Shown here in pieces: positions 49,644 through 60,981 of a stretch of DNA of 64,000 bases. A model generated the notes under the pieces. It had not been told where the DNA came from. It ran no database searches and was given only the letters and a program-made list of their open reading frames with translations. Positions within the stretch are counted from its first letter, which is position 1. Each line of letters opens with the position of its first letter. Origin of the DNA: Desulfatiglandales bacterium (GTDB lineage Bacteria > Desulfobacterota > DSM-4660 > Desulfatiglandales > Desulfatiglandaceae); NCBI GenBank assembly GCA_963666345.1, contig OY762721.1:2624001-2688000 (forward strand), given 5' to 3'. A program made the translations under genes and the position numbers.

Positions 49644-50831
49644 ATGACAGACTATCTGATCGTGGGTAACGGCGTGGCAGGTACGACAGCGGCGGAAAAT
49701 ATTCTCAACAGGGACAGGGAAGCGAAAATAACCATTTTAACTGAAGAGGATACCCCGTTTTACAATAGAATGAAACTAAACGATCTTGTCTCCAAAGAGC
49801 TTACAGAAGAAAAGCTGATTATGAAGAAGGACTCCTGGTACAGGGACAATAATATCGATATCAGGCTTAACACTCGAATAGTGACCGCAGATCCCAATAA
49901 AAGGAGCGTAACCGCGGAAAGCGGTTCAACCTTTTCCTATGATCGATTGCTTCTTGCCACAGGGAGTCATTCCTTTATACCCCCCATAAAAGGCTCTGAT
50001 CAGAAAGGAGTGGTTGCCCTCAGAAACATAAACGATGCCAGGAAGATCTCCGAACTTGCGGAAAAGGTTGAAAATGTGGTTCTGATAGGTGGAGGCCTGC
50101 TGGGGCTTGAGTCAGGCAAGGCTTTGAGGAACCTGGGAAAATCGGTTACCGTGGTGGAATTCTTCCCCAGGCTTCTGCCGCGGCAGCTTGACCTGAAAGG
50201 GGCCAAGGTGCTGGAGGGAATAATGGGGGATATGGGTTTTTCCTTCAGGCTGGGGGCCAAAACTGAGGAGATCGCAGGGGAAACCGGTGTGAAAGAGGTC
50301 CTGCTTGAAGGTGGAGAAGCGCTTGCCGCCGAGATGGTGGTAATATCCGCGGGCGTACGCCCCAACATGGAACTGGCAGGGCCGCTGGGCCTTGAAAAAG
50401 ACAAGGGCGTAAAGGTCGATGATTTTCTAATGACGAGTGTTGATGATATCTTCGCGGCCGGAGACGTGGCGGAATACCGGGGCATGCCCTATGGTATATG
50501 GCCCGCCTCTATGGAGCAGGGCAGGATCGCTGGAGTTAACATGGCGGGGGGTAATGAATCTTATAGCGGTACAACCATGGCAAACACCCTCAAAGTGGTC
50601 GGTGTCGATCTTGCCTCTGCCGGAGATATAGATGCCGAAGAAAAACTGGATTCCGAGGTTTTTTCAGAGGGAAATATTTACAAAAAACTGGTCTTTGACA
50701 AGGGCCGGATTACAGGCTGCATAATGCTCGGTGACACAAAGGATTTCAGCCGGATAACAAAGGCCATGAATGATAACCGGGACGTGTCACGGATAAGGCA
50801 TGAAATACTCAAAAACGGGTTAAAGGGCTAG
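49644..50831 (+). CDS. FAD/NAD(P)-dependent oxidoreductase (NirB N-terminal / NADH:rubredoxin oxidoreductase-like)
   Basis: GNGVAG, YDRLLLATGS, IGGGLLGLE, AAGDVAE. Confidence 0.88.
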   Translation: MTDYLIVGNGVAGTTAAENILNRDREAKITILTEEDTPFYNRMKLNDLVSKELTEEKLIMKKDSWYRDNNIDIRLNTRIVTADPNKRSVTAESGSTFSYDRLLLATGSHSFIPPIKGSDQKGVVALRNINDARKISELAEKVENVVLIGGGLLGLESGKALRNLGKSVTVVEFFPRLLPRQLDLKGAKVLEGIMGDMGFSFRLGAKTEEIAGETGVKEVLLEGGEALAAEMVVISAGVRPNMELAGPLGLEKDKGVKVDDFLMTSVDDIFAAGDVAEYRGMPYGIWPASMEQGRIAGVNMAGGNESYSGTTMANTLKVVGVDLASAGDIDAEEKLDSEVFSEGNIYKKLVFDKGRITGCIMLGDTKDFSRITKAMNDNRDVSRIRHEILKNGLKG

Positions 50832-50923
50832 AGGATTTAAATATTTAGGCGAAATGCCCCTATTATCCGCCTTGCCCGTTAGGCTGGTTGACCGATTGGT
50901 CAGCCTATTGACGAATTTATCTT

Positions 50924-51691
50924 ATGAGATCTTTTGGGTTTGTAACGACCTTATTACTGCTTTTTCAGATATTTGCAACCGCTGGGAACGGGGCGGCATC
51001 TGAAATGCCTTTTTCCCCGGGCGAGAGGCTTACGTTCAAGGTGCGATGGACGGTTATCCCGGCCGGTGATGTTACCCTTGAGGTCTTTCCTGATAAGCGG
51101 ATTAAGGGGAAACCCTGTCATCACTTTATAATGAAGGCAAAAACGACCCGTTTTGCGGACTACTTTTACAAGGTCCGCGACAGGATCGATTCCTATGCGG
51201 AAAAGGAAATGAAAAGGGCCGTCCTCTATAGGAAGAGAAAAGAGGGAAAGAGTAAAAGGGATGTGACGGTTGATTTCGACTGGCAAAGGCAGCAGGTCGT
51301 CTATTCCAATTTCGGGCGGAAGGGCTCCCCGGTTGATATAAGACCAGGCACCTTTGACCCCTTATCGGTCTTCTACGCGTTTCGCAACATGAAGCTTTCC
51401 CCGGGGAAAGTCCTTACCCTCTATGTAAGTGACGGCAAAAAAATCGTCCTCGGCACCGCAAAGGTTTTGACGAGGGAAAAGATAGATGCCTGTGGCAAGG
51501 TGTATGACTCTTTCCTTGTAGAACCCGCCCTGGAACATCTCGGGGGCGTCTTTGAAAAGAGCAGGGACGCGAAACTCAGGATATGGGTGACCGCCGATGA
51601 AAAAAAGATCCCTGTCAGGATAGAAAGCGAAGTAATGGTAGGCAGTTTTGTCGCCGAACTTATCCGCCATGAGCAGGTCAAGATCAAATGA
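50924..51691 (+). CDS. DUF3108 family exported protein
   Basis: Signal peptide, PF.PGERL.F, DPLS.FY..R, IW.T.D..KIPVRI. Confidence 0.75.
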   Translation: MRSFGFVTTLLLLFQIFATAGNGAASEMPFSPGERLTFKVRWTVIPAGDVTLEVFPDKRIKGKPCHHFIMKAKTTRFADYFYKVRDRIDSYAEKEMKRAVLYRKRKEGKSKRDVTVDFDWQRQQVVYSNFGRKGSPVDIRPGTFDPLSVFYAFRNMKLSPGKVLTLYVSDGKKIVLGTAKVLTREKIDACGKVYDSFLVEPALEHLGGVFEKSRDAKLRIWVTADEKKIPVRIESEVMVGSFVAELIRHEQVKIK

Positions 51692-51744
51692 ACTTCACCG
51701 CGTCATACTCCTGTTTTGTGAGGCCGGCTGCCGTGGTTCGCTTT

Positions 51745-52269
51745 TTATCTCACCGGTTTTTGCCACTCCTTTGCAAAGATCTTTGCTATCTTGGCCACCT
51801 GTCCCTGGTCTATCTTTAAGGCCTTTGCGATTTCCTCATAAAGCTTATTCCTGTCTCTGTTTTCCGCGTCAATCAGAGATCTTAGCGCCCTTTTTTCCTT
51901 AAGGCCCAGGTCGCCCCCCTTTAAAGAGACAAACCCGTCAGGTCCTTCATCCAACAGCCCCTTCTGGTAGAAAGGCTTGAGGCTTACATATCTGTTTTTC
52001 ATGCTCTGCTTCAGTGCCCTGATCGTCGGATTGGAGACCTCCGTAATCTCGTCCGCATGGGCGACAGGGGCAATAAAGGCATAGATAATATTTTCCAGAG
52101 AAGAACTCTTGTCCTTTTCCCGGCTTTCCCCCCTTATCTCGTTGACTATTTCTCCTGCCACCGATTCCACCTTTTCGGCAGGAAAATATATATTGATGGT
52201 CACACAGGCAAATATAAAAAATGAGCCTAAAACAGATGCGATCAAGAGCCTTTTTCCGTTTGCCTTCAT
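51745..52269 (-). CDS. YdbL (DUF1318) family lipoprotein with a YnbE-like N-terminus
   Basis: Lipobox IFAC-VTINIYFP; G.L.EG.DG, ENRDR..LY.EIA. Confidence 0.75.
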   Translation of the reverse strand: MKANGKRLLIASVLGSFFIFACVTINIYFPAEKVESVAGEIVNEIRGESREKDKSSSLENIIYAFIAPVAHADEITEVSNPTIRALKQSMKNRYVSLKPFYQKGLLDEGPDGFVSLKGGDLGLKEKRALRSLIDAENRDRNKLYEEIAKALKIDQGQVAKIAKIFAKEWQKPVR

Positions 52270-52338
52270 AATCCCCTCCAAATTCCGAGCCGTCAACTCG
52301 CCGTTTTCAGTATCTCAAATTCTGCCCCCTCAAACAAC

Positions 52339-55300
52339 CTACCTCACCATAGTCGGGGAGCCTCCTTTTGTAACCCTTTTTATCCTTTTCACCATATCCT
52401 TGAAACTTATACGGTTGTCAGGATTCTGATTTACTATATTTACGCCTGAAAAACTACCCCTTTTGACAATATACTCCTTATCCTCTTCCTTGATGGTCCC
52501 GTTTATTCTGAATGTATCATTTTCCAGAAAGGCCCTGACCCCGATCTTTTCATAGGGAAATTCCTTGAAAAGGGATGATATGGCCCCTGCCAGTCCGATA
52601 AAGGGACTCTGTCCCCCCCCGATTCTGGCTATGTTGTCTACGGCCTTTACGCTTATTTTCTGTTTCACGCCCTTTTTTTCAATCGTTTCAAGAAGCAGAT
52701 CAAATCTCTGAGGCTGACCGTACGCAAATTCAAGATCATTTACATGTCCCTCAAGAGTCCCTTCAATTTTCCCGAAAGATGTACCGGTTGTCATCTCGGC
52801 CAGGTCCAGGCCGTTCAGGCCTGCGTCAAATGAGATAAGCGGTCCCTTGCTGAATACGGAGGCGGCGGCGATATCCGAGAAAACAATTTGCCCTCCAAAG
52901 ATTTCAGCACTGATTTTACCTTTGGCAGTCATGCGGTTGTTACTGAATCTTACAGGGTCAAGCTCTCCTTTTATTGTCCCGTCAGCCCTTTTAAAAGCCG
53001 TTTCAGACATAAAAGGCCTTGTTTCAAGATTATCGATTTTGATGCTTGATTCGACTGAAGGGCTGGGGCCGAAAATGCCTGAAAATGAGACAGGTCCGAT
53101 CAAGACGGTTCCTCCGTGTGTCGATACCGCGGTTGATGATTCTATAAAAAGGGAATTTGGTCCTGCCTTCAAAGGGGAAGAGAAAGACTGCTTTGAGATA
53201 AAAGGCATCTTTACCGACCCTATCTTGAGGTTGCCTGAAGGGGATACTGTTGCCGCACCCGGTTTCCCCTTTTGAATCCAGACCGGCAGGTCTAGAGAAA
53301 GATCCTCAAGTTTAATTTTTTCTCCCGCGTGTGAAAGCTCCCCTTTCTTCCAGTGAAAGTGGCCGAAAATACGGGTATCGTCTTTCCCTTTTTTTGCCTC
53401 AAACCGGGCGGAGATTGTTCCCGCCGCCTTGATGGACTCCAGTTCCGGTTTTTCAGCCTTGAACGGTTCAACTACAAACATCCGGAAGAGAGGATAAACC
53501 GGTGCGTCATGGATATCTATATCTATATCCCCTGTTGTTAAACCAGGCCCCAGGATGCAATTTCCTCCAAGATCAACCCTGAACATATCCTTTAGCGTGA
53601 CATTCGTTTCACTGATTTCCAGCGCCTTTTCATCTATCCTGTAGGTTCCCCTGAGATCCGAGGTCAGGGCTGTTTTCCCCAGGTCCAGATAGAACCTGTC
53701 ATATAGGACCTCCCCTTCCTTTAATCTGACTGATGTATCAAATGAAAAGGCGTTCCGGTCGATTCCGTACCCGGCCTTTATAAAAAAAGAGGACTTAAGC
53801 CCCTCCCCCATGAACACGGCCTTAGGGTCCTCAAAGTCAAACCTGTTCAACTCCAGCCCGGCCTTTAAGATCCAGTTGTTTGCATCCTCTCTTTCGGCGT
53901 CTAAAAAAAATGTGTCCAGGCCCTTTAATTTCCATCCCTCAGGGATAATGCCGTATGAGTTCGCTAATTCAACAACCCCGGTGTTGCTTCCTTTAACCCT
54001 GAGCTCGAATGTCCTGTCTCCCCTTTGCCCTGAAAGCCGCAGGTTTTTCAGCAGGTCTGAACTGATTGAAATATCGGGCAGGTTGAATGCCTTTGTCCTG
54101 GAATCAAAAGAGCCTCTTTTTGAAGATATTTCAACGGCCTTTAAATTAATGGGCTTTTCCCTTGCGGTAATATCCAGGTTCGGCACGGTTAATGCGAAAT
54201 CTTCCAGATCAAAGAGCGGGAACCTGCCGTTAATCTTGAATCTTGCCTTAAATGGAAACGCTCTGAACGCAGTTGATTCCAGCCTGCCGTCTATTGCTTC
54301 GAGATTGATATCGAGATCCGGATTCGTGACCTCCCCTTTGGCTGCTATCTCTCCTTTGATCGTGCCCCGGATCTTATAGCCGCCCGATGAAAAGAAGGCT
54401 CGATTGCCGTTGAGAAAGGTCTTTAAGCTACAGTCCCATTTCCAGGCATGATCCCTTCTGAGCCCTTGCACTCGGCCCTTTATGCGGATCTGTCCCTCTA
54501 AATCGGAGCCCCCGATCAGATGTTTTGTCTTTTCAGACAGAAATTTATCAAACCTTGATGGAAAGAAAATGCCCTCTCTGATCTCAACGGAGACAGAACC
54601 CTGACCCCTTAAATCCGCCCTGGCCGACCCTTGAAGATCAAAGAGGCCCTTTGAATTGATACTGAACCGGTTCGCATGAATATCAAGCTTTTGCAGATCC
54701 GCAATACCACTAATCTCGGCCTCCAGGTCCTGCAGCGAAAGATCTTTCCCCTTGCCGGAAACAGATATCTTCGCTGCCTTGAGGCATGCCTTCACACCAG
54801 GCCTGAAGATATCTCCAATGACCTCCATATCAGCCGATAGGTCCCCGAATATTTTATCCCCATTCTGCAAAATGAGGGAGTACCTGTTTTCAAGAAGGAG
54901 GTTAAGGTCTGATCTGCCGGTAACTTTTCCCCCCTCTTTTATTAATTCCAGAGCGCCGTGGATACTGCAGGGGCCGGATACCTGAAAACCGTTATTTTTG
55001 TCTGAAAACGTTCCTGTTCCGTTAATTTCAAGGGGCCTGCATTGCAGTCTTTGCTTTTTATAATCATAACTTATGTTTGAGTTGATGTTGAGGTTCTCCA
55101 GTTTAAGGCCCGGTTTGCTGAAGGCCGCACCGGATGACTTAATGCGGGCACTGACCTCGGGCGTGACAAGCGAGATTGAACTGTTGGTGGCTATTTTTAA
55201 ACCGGGCAGAGTGAGTTCCATACCCTTTCCAGCAATGGATGCCCTTGCATCACAGGCTATTTCAATGAGGTTTTCTTCATTCATGTGTCCGTTTATTTTT

Positions 55301-55821
55301 GAGATTACGATCTCGTCCATGCCGGAATGGAATTTGAGGTCGCCGTCAGAGACCTCAATCTTTCTGAATTCAATTTCCCTGAAAAAAAACAGGGCTGTGA
55401 GGCCTCTGATGAGCCTTGAAAAAAAGGTGTTTCCCGGCCTTCCGCCCGGCAATGCACTCCGCCGGTCTAATTTTATAACCGGGTCCCTTAAGGCGATCCT
55501 TTCGATTATCAGCCTTTTTTTGCCGAAAGAGCCCTCGCGGTGAATATCAACGGTAATCTCAGGGATAGATGCGCCGGTTACCTCCTCATCTTTGATAGGC
55601 CTGAGGGTTAATCCCTTTAAACTGAAATTAACGGGAAAAAGGGAATATTCAAATGCCTTGATCCCGGCCTGCGCACCGCTGGCGCTCGCAATGCCTTTTT
55701 CGATCAGATGTCTTGTCCTTTCAGGACTGGAAAGGTAGTAGGACAGTACCCCCGCAATAGACAGGAGGGCTATGGAGAAAAGGGTCAAAAGGGATATTAT
55801 GATTTTTTTCTTAGCGCTCAT
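52339..55821 (-). CDS. YdbH/AsmA-like large envelope protein
   Basis: N-terminal TM, 1160-aa beta-rich body, directly upstream of the ydbL-like gene. Confidence 0.65.
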   Translation of the reverse strand: MSAKKKIIISLLTLFSIALLSIAGVLSYYLSSPERTRHLIEKGIASASGAQAGIKAFEYSLFPVNFSLKGLTLRPIKDEEVTGASIPEITVDIHREGSFGKKRLIIERIALRDPVIKLDRRSALPGGRPGNTFFSRLIRGLTALFFFREIEFRKIEVSDGDLKFHSGMDEIVISKINGHMNEENLIEIACDARASIAGKGMELTLPGLKIATNSSISLVTPEVSARIKSSGAAFSKPGLKLENLNINSNISYDYKKQRLQCRPLEINGTGTFSDKNNGFQVSGPCSIHGALELIKEGGKVTGRSDLNLLLENRYSLILQNGDKIFGDLSADMEVIGDIFRPGVKACLKAAKISVSGKGKDLSLQDLEAEISGIADLQKLDIHANRFSINSKGLFDLQGSARADLRGQGSVSVEIREGIFFPSRFDKFLSEKTKHLIGGSDLEGQIRIKGRVQGLRRDHAWKWDCSLKTFLNGNRAFFSSGGYKIRGTIKGEIAAKGEVTNPDLDINLEAIDGRLESTAFRAFPFKARFKINGRFPLFDLEDFALTVPNLDITAREKPINLKAVEISSKRGSFDSRTKAFNLPDISISSDLLKNLRLSGQRGDRTFELRVKGSNTGVVELANSYGIIPEGWKLKGLDTFFLDAEREDANNWILKAGLELNRFDFEDPKAVFMGEGLKSSFFIKAGYGIDRNAFSFDTSVRLKEGEVLYDRFYLDLGKTALTSDLRGTYRIDEKALEISETNVTLKDMFRVDLGGNCILGPGLTTGDIDIDIHDAPVYPLFRMFVVEPFKAEKPELESIKAAGTISARFEAKKGKDDTRIFGHFHWKKGELSHAGEKIKLEDLSLDLPVWIQKGKPGAATVSPSGNLKIGSVKMPFISKQSFSSPLKAGPNSLFIESSTAVSTHGGTVLIGPVSFSGIFGPSPSVESSIKIDNLETRPFMSETAFKRADGTIKGELDPVRFSNNRMTAKGKISAEIFGGQIVFSDIAAASVFSKGPLISFDAGLNGLDLAEMTTGTSFGKIEGTLEGHVNDLEFAYGQPQRFDLLLETIEKKGVKQKISVKAVDNIARIGGGQSPFIGLAGAISSLFKEFPYEKIGVRAFLENDTFRINGTIKEEDKEYIVKRGSFSGVNIVNQNPDNRISFKDMVKRIKRVTKGGSPTMVR

Positions 55822-56120
55822 CGCTGTTGCTCAATCAGCCTGTCAGCTGGATGTTTGAAAGGCGTAAACGAGTGATTCCAAAAGCATAGGCCAAACAAAC
55901 CGATGCGTAAAGAAGAAACCTGCGCAGGCCCTGTCTCCCCCTGTTTCATAAAGCATTTCACCTTTATTATCGATTATGTTAGACAGTACGAAATCGGGCC
56001 TTGACAAATAAGGCCCATTATTTTCATGGAGAACCGGCTGAAATTCCCGGGCCGTTTATCTGCTGCGATAAACCCGATAATGAGCACAAACGGGACTTTG
56101 ATAGAGGTCGGAACCTGATA

Positions 56121-57092
56121 ATGACTCAAGACAGAAAAACGGAACAGGAACCATTGAAGACTTATGCGTGGCGCAATCGCATGTCAATCCTTATCACAAC
56201 CGTTCTGGGATTAATCCTCCTTTCAGCCGGGCTTGTTAAGGGGACCGACATGGGCCTGTTTGCGAGACAGATAGCTGCATACGGTCTGGTCTCACAATCT
56301 GTTCTTATATTTGTGGGCGCCTGGTTCCTTGTGGCGTTTGAATGCCTAATCGGCGCGGGGCTTATAGCCAGATATCGCCTCAGTCTTTTGTTGATTCTGG
56401 CTTTCGGGCTTTTCAGCATATTTCTGGGGGTTACAGTCTGGGCGTGGCTGGCGGGAACTGCAGAAGAGTGCGGCTGTTTCGGGCCCTGGATGAGACACAG
56501 TCCGTATGAAGAGGCGGTTCAAAATTTATTTCTACTGCTTCTGATCGGTTTCGCGTTTTTCAGCAGCAGGGGCAGCAAAGCCGGAACAGGAAAGGCCGGG
56601 GCAGTTTTTGTTTGTCTGGCTTTTTCAACAGGCCTTTTGATGCCTCTTTTCACGGGATTGCCTTTGCCTGAAGGCAGGGAAACGGCCGGTGCAATCACCG
56701 CAAGACCGAGCGCAAAAGATGTGGAGGTCTACGGAATAAAGAATTTCAATCTTTCAGAGGGGACATGTCTGGTCGTTCTCATGCAGACCGATTGCCGGCA
56801 CTGCAAAGAATCCCTTGAGCGGATGGAAATACTTTCAGATGCCCCCGGGCTTCCCGGACTTGTGGGCCTCTGTCCTGACGAAGAGGAAGAAAGACTCAGA
56901 TTCATCGATGAATTCATGCCTGTTTTTCCGTTCGGCCGGATAAGTGAGGACGACTTCTGGCGTCTTCTGGAGGATAGTGAAACTCCGCGGCTTCTGATTT
57001 TTCAAGATGGAAAGGTTGTGCACGCATGGAATGGAAATATGCCCGGCATTGAAGCGGTCAAAAAAGCTGTTTCTTCAAAAAGCGATCTATAA
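56121..57092 (+). CDS. MauE/DoxX-family membrane protein with a C-terminal thioredoxin-like CxxC domain
   Basis: TM helices, ECGCFG, DCRHC; start uncertain (56121 or 56181). Confidence 0.7.
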   Translation: MTQDRKTEQEPLKTYAWRNRMSILITTVLGLILLSAGLVKGTDMGLFARQIAAYGLVSQSVLIFVGAWFLVAFECLIGAGLIARYRLSLLLILAFGLFSIFLGVTVWAWLAGTAEECGCFGPWMRHSPYEEAVQNLFLLLLIGFAFFSSRGSKAGTGKAGAVFVCLAFSTGLLMPLFTGLPLPEGRETAGAITARPSAKDVEVYGIKNFNLSEGTCLVVLMQTDCRHCKESLERMEILSDAPGLPGLVGLCPDEEEERLRFIDEFMPVFPFGRISEDDFWRLLEDSETPRLLIFQDGKVVHAWNGNMPGIEAVKKAVSSKSDL

Positions 57093-57345
57093 GGAGCAGG
57101 CGGCCGGGAAAGGCGTCGCTCATCGCCTGCAGATACCTTGCTGATACTCAGGGATCCTCCCAAATCCAGCGCTTTCACCTATCTGACTCAGACGGTTGAT
57201 TTGGGGACGCCGTCATTATTTGACCTGCCGGCCTATATATTAATATAATGTAGCAGGGCAGGCTGCCGTTCAACCCTGGTACGGACGGAATTAAACCTGA
57301 CAATAGCGGCAACAGCAGTAAATAAATCAAGAGAGGCTACCAGAT

Positions 57346-58431
57346 ATGAAACGAGCTTTAATAACCGGAATTACAGGTCAGGATGGGGCGTATCTGGCCG
57401 AATTTTTGCTCAATAAAGGCTATGAAGTTCATGGCATAAAGAGACGTTCATCCTCTTTCAATACCGCCCGTGTCGACCACCTTTACAAGGATCCCCATGA
57501 GGAAGGTGTACGGTTTTTAATGCATTACGGGGACCTGACCGATGCGACAAACCTTATAAGGGTTATTCAGGAGATTCGGCCGGAAGAGATCTACAATCTG
57601 GCGGCCCAGAGCCACGTGCAGGTCTCCTTTGAAACACCCGAGTACACGGCAAACGCGGATGCGCTCGGTACACTGCGAATACTTGAGGCGATTCGAGTGC
57701 TGGGGATGGAAAGGCAGACAAAATTTTACCAGGCCTCTACCTCGGAGCTGTTCGGAAAGGTGCGGGAGGTACCGCAAAAGGAGACTACCCCCTTCTACCC
57801 CCGCTCACCTTATGCGGCAGCCAAAATATATGCATACTGGATAACGGTCAACTACAGGGAGGCGTATGGCATTTTTGCATGTAACGGCATACTGTTTAAT
57901 CATGAATCTCCGATAAGGGGCGAGACCTTTGTCACCCGCAAGATCACCAGGGCACTTGCAAGGATAAAACTGGGCCTTCAGGACCGGTTGTACCTGGGCA
58001 ATTTGAACGCGAAAAGGGACTGGGGTCACGCAAAGGACTATGTGGAGATGCAGTGGCTCATGCTCCAGCAGGATGAACCGGATGATTTTGTGATTGCAAC
58101 GGGAACGCAGCACTCCGTAAGGGAATTTGTGGAATACGCGGCCAAGGAGCTGGGGATCGATATCAGGTGGCATGGCGGGGGTGTGGATGAAACAGGCATT
58201 AATTCCGAGACCGGAAAGACAATCATCTCGGTTGATCCCCGCTACTTCAGGCCTACCGAGGTCGAAACGCTCCTGGGCGACCCCACCAAGGCAAAGGAAA
58301 AACTCGGATGGACTCCCAAGATCACCTTTCAGGAACTTGTCTCGGAGATGGTAAGGGAGGATTTGAAAGAGGCTGAACGGGATGAGCTCTGCAGGACGGA
58401 AGGGTTTCGCACGTTCAACCACTTTGAGTAG
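57346..58431 (+). CDS. gmd: GDP-mannose 4,6-dehydratase
   Basis: [37 protein letters not shown]. Confidence 0.97.
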   Translation: MKRALITGITGQDGAYLAEFLLNKGYEVHGIKRRSSSFNTARVDHLYKDPHEEGVRFLMHYGDLTDATNLIRVIQEIRPEEIYNLAAQSHVQVSFETPEYTANADALGTLRILEAIRVLGMERQTKFYQASTSELFGKVREVPQKETTPFYPRSPYAAAKIYAYWITVNYREAYGIFACNGILFNHESPIRGETFVTRKITRALARIKLGLQDRLYLGNLNAKRDWGHAKDYVEMQWLMLQQDEPDDFVIATGTQHSVREFVEYAAKELGIDIRWHGGGVDETGINSETGKTIISVDPRYFRPTEVETLLGDPTKAKEKLGWTPKITFQELVSEMVREDLKEAERDELCRTEGFRTFNHFE

Positions 58432-58537
58432 GCCTTTAGAGGTTAAGTTCGACGTTCCTTTATCGTATGAAAACCGGCTCAAAAGCTGAACACTTTTTAA
58501 ACGACCTTATAAATCTTTTAAGGGGAATAGGTGTTAA

Positions 58538-59683
58538 ATGAAGAATATCTCTGAAAACCGATCTTCATCTGAGCCCCGATCCTCAAGGATCTGTGAGGAT
58601 TCGCCTGTTTTTGTCGCGGGTCATCGCGGATTAGTGGGCTCTGCAATCGTTCGAAAGCTTGGTTCCGAAGGCTGCAGAAACCTTATTACCAGGACCCATG
58701 ATGAACTCGATCTTATGGATCAGAAGGCTGTGGCGGAATTTTTCCGGAAACAAAGGCCTGAATATGTGTTCCTTGCCGCTGCAAAGGTCGGTGGCATAAA
58801 CGCCAATAACCGATATCCCGCCGAATTCATATATAATAACCTGTTGATCCAAACGAATGTCATTCACCAGGCCTATCTGCATAATGTAAGCAGGCTCCTT
58901 TTTCTTGGCAGTTCCTGTATATATCCCAGGATGGCACCTCAGCCTCTTAAGGAAGAATACCTGATGACAGGCCCTCTCGAGCCTACCAATTCACCATATG
59001 CGGTCGCAAAGATCGCCGGCATAGAAATGTGCTGGTCCTATAACAGACAATATGGAACGCGGTTCATTCCCGTCATGCCTGCAAACCTGTACGGGCCTGA
59101 CGATAATTATGATCTTGAAACATCTCACGTGCTTCCGGCCTTGATACGCAAATTTCACCTTGCAAAACTTGCAACTCAGGACGACCTGGATGGAATCGAA
59201 CAGGATAAAGACACCTACGGCCCGATCCCTGAGGATATAAGATCAAACCTGGCGGATATCATTCAGGCGGGCAGTTCATCTGAAAAGACAAATGATTCCG
59301 TCATTCACCTCTGGGGGACAGGTTCCCCACGCAGGGAGTTTCTCCATGTGGATGATCTGGCGGATGCGGCCGTATTTCTGATGAATCGACCCTGGGACAG
59401 CCTGGAAAAGGCATACGGTAAAGGCCGTTCCTCACTGCTTTTCAATGTCGGTGCGGGGGAAGACTTGAGCATAAAGGAACTTGCGGATCTGGTTTCGGCT
59501 GTGGTCGGCTACAAGGGATCTATTGCCTGGGATTCGACAAAACCTGATGGAACCCCCCGGAAACTTCTCGACGTGACGAAAATGGAGTCTATCGGATGGA
59601 AGTGGAGAACAACCCTTGAAAAGGGAATAAAGGAAACATACGAGAAATATTTAAGGAATGAGACTGGCAAGATAATCGCATGA
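58538..59683 (+). CDS. fcl: GDP-L-fucose synthase
   Basis: GHRGLVGSA, AAAKVGGI, LGSSCIYP, YAVAK, SHVLPAL, WGTGSPRREFL, KPDGTPRK. Confidence 0.95.
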   Translation: MKNISENRSSSEPRSSRICEDSPVFVAGHRGLVGSAIVRKLGSEGCRNLITRTHDELDLMDQKAVAEFFRKQRPEYVFLAAAKVGGINANNRYPAEFIYNNLLIQTNVIHQAYLHNVSRLLFLGSSCIYPRMAPQPLKEEYLMTGPLEPTNSPYAVAKIAGIEMCWSYNRQYGTRFIPVMPANLYGPDDNYDLETSHVLPALIRKFHLAKLATQDDLDGIEQDKDTYGPIPEDIRSNLADIIQAGSSSEKTNDSVIHLWGTGSPRREFLHVDDLADAAVFLMNRPWDSLEKAYGKGRSSLLFNVGAGEDLSIKELADLVSAVVGYKGSIAWDSTKPDGTPRKLLDVTKMESIGWKWRTTLEKGIKETYEKYLRNETGKIIA

Positions 59684-60009
59684 TATTTAAAGGCCTTTTC
59701 CCTGCCTATGTCATTCCGACCCGAATCCCGTTCAGATCAGAGGCCGCCTTGGGTTGTCCCGGTCTTTTGGGTTGTGAATTTTTACATTTTGGTTTTTAAT
59801 GATGTGGAAATGTCCGGATCATCTCACGATTAATCGGCCTTAAACAGGGCTCAATAAGGAGCCCCGCTTCAGGGATATCCGGAATCAAGGCAAAATTATC
59901 AAATAATCAAGGGTACGGCAGCGATCGAAAGGATGTCAAGGTGCTCATAAGGTCGCCGGCAAATACCTCGCTTGACCCTATGTGCCCAATATCTTATCCG
60001 GAGGAACAG

Positions 60010-60780
60010 ATGTCCTTGGGGTATGTTTTTCCATCAAGAATGCCTGCTGGCGCGATTATTGTCTTTTTTTTAATATCTTTTTGCTCTATGTCCGTCATGT
60101 CCGGATGCGTGGAGGAAAAAGAGGGCAAGGTCGATAATCAGGGCGGGGTCGTACGTTTCAAGATACGAGCCGCACGGGCTGTCGCAAAAAAAGAGCCGGC
60201 CGATGAGACGGTAAAACAGGTTCATGATGTAAGGCCGGCCATGTCTGTTGAGGATAAAAGAGAAGACCGGAACAGGGTTGAAAAAGAAGGCATATACACC
60301 GTAAAAAAGGGTGAAAGCCTCTATTCAATAGCGGAAAAAGAGGATGTATACGGAAACCCGTTGAAATGGATAAGCCTTTTTCGCCTGAACCTTGAGCGGT
60401 TGAAGGATGCAGGGGGGGCCGGTGATATCCGGCATGAAATACTCAAGGAGGGGATGGAACTCAGATATATCACTCCTGAAGACGCTGAAAAGGCCCTTTC
60501 GCATTTCCAGGGTAAAGGGTGGGTGGTAAATGTCCTGTCTTCGCAGGTTTCGGGAAAGATAGTACCTGCCGCCAAAGCCCTCATAAAGGAGGGTTACAAG
60601 GTTTACATATCCGAGGCGCGGGTCAGGGGGGAAAACTGGCTGCGGCTCCGTATAGGCTTTTATGGAGATTCAGCTGATGCTGCAAAAGATTCAATAAAAA
60701 TAATGAGTATCGCAGGTGTCAGTGATGCCTGGGTGACAAAGGCGGATGAAAAGGAAATCAGGGAATATGGGGGCTTTTGA
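60010..60780 (+). CDS. LysM + SPOR domain protein (possible lipoprotein)
   Basis: YTVKKGESLYSIA..VYGNPLKW (LysM); WVVNV.S..WLRLRIG..DAWV (SPOR); start uncertain. Confidence 0.75.
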   Translation: MSLGYVFPSRMPAGAIIVFFLISFCSMSVMSGCVEEKEGKVDNQGGVVRFKIRAARAVAKKEPADETVKQVHDVRPAMSVEDKREDRNRVEKEGIYTVKKGESLYSIAEKEDVYGNPLKWISLFRLNLERLKDAGGAGDIRHEILKEGMELRYITPEDAEKALSHFQGKGWVVNVLSSQVSGKIVPAAKALIKEGYKVYISEARVRGENWLRLRIGFYGDSADAAKDSIKIMSIAGVSDAWVTKADEKEIREYGGF

Positions 60781-60981
60781 CCCGGCATCCAGGCCCCTGT
60801 TCTCAGATTTTTGGTCCTTCTCCCGACTTACCGGTCTTAAACAGGGCCGAACAAGGAGATTTTCCTTAAGTTGTGCAGGTGTAAACTCCTTGGGTCCTTA
60901 AAATCTCTTCTGCAAGTTGGGGAAGGAAACTGAAATTTAGACGGCAGCTTCATAAAGGCTTTTTTGAAAGGTGAGGCAGGC

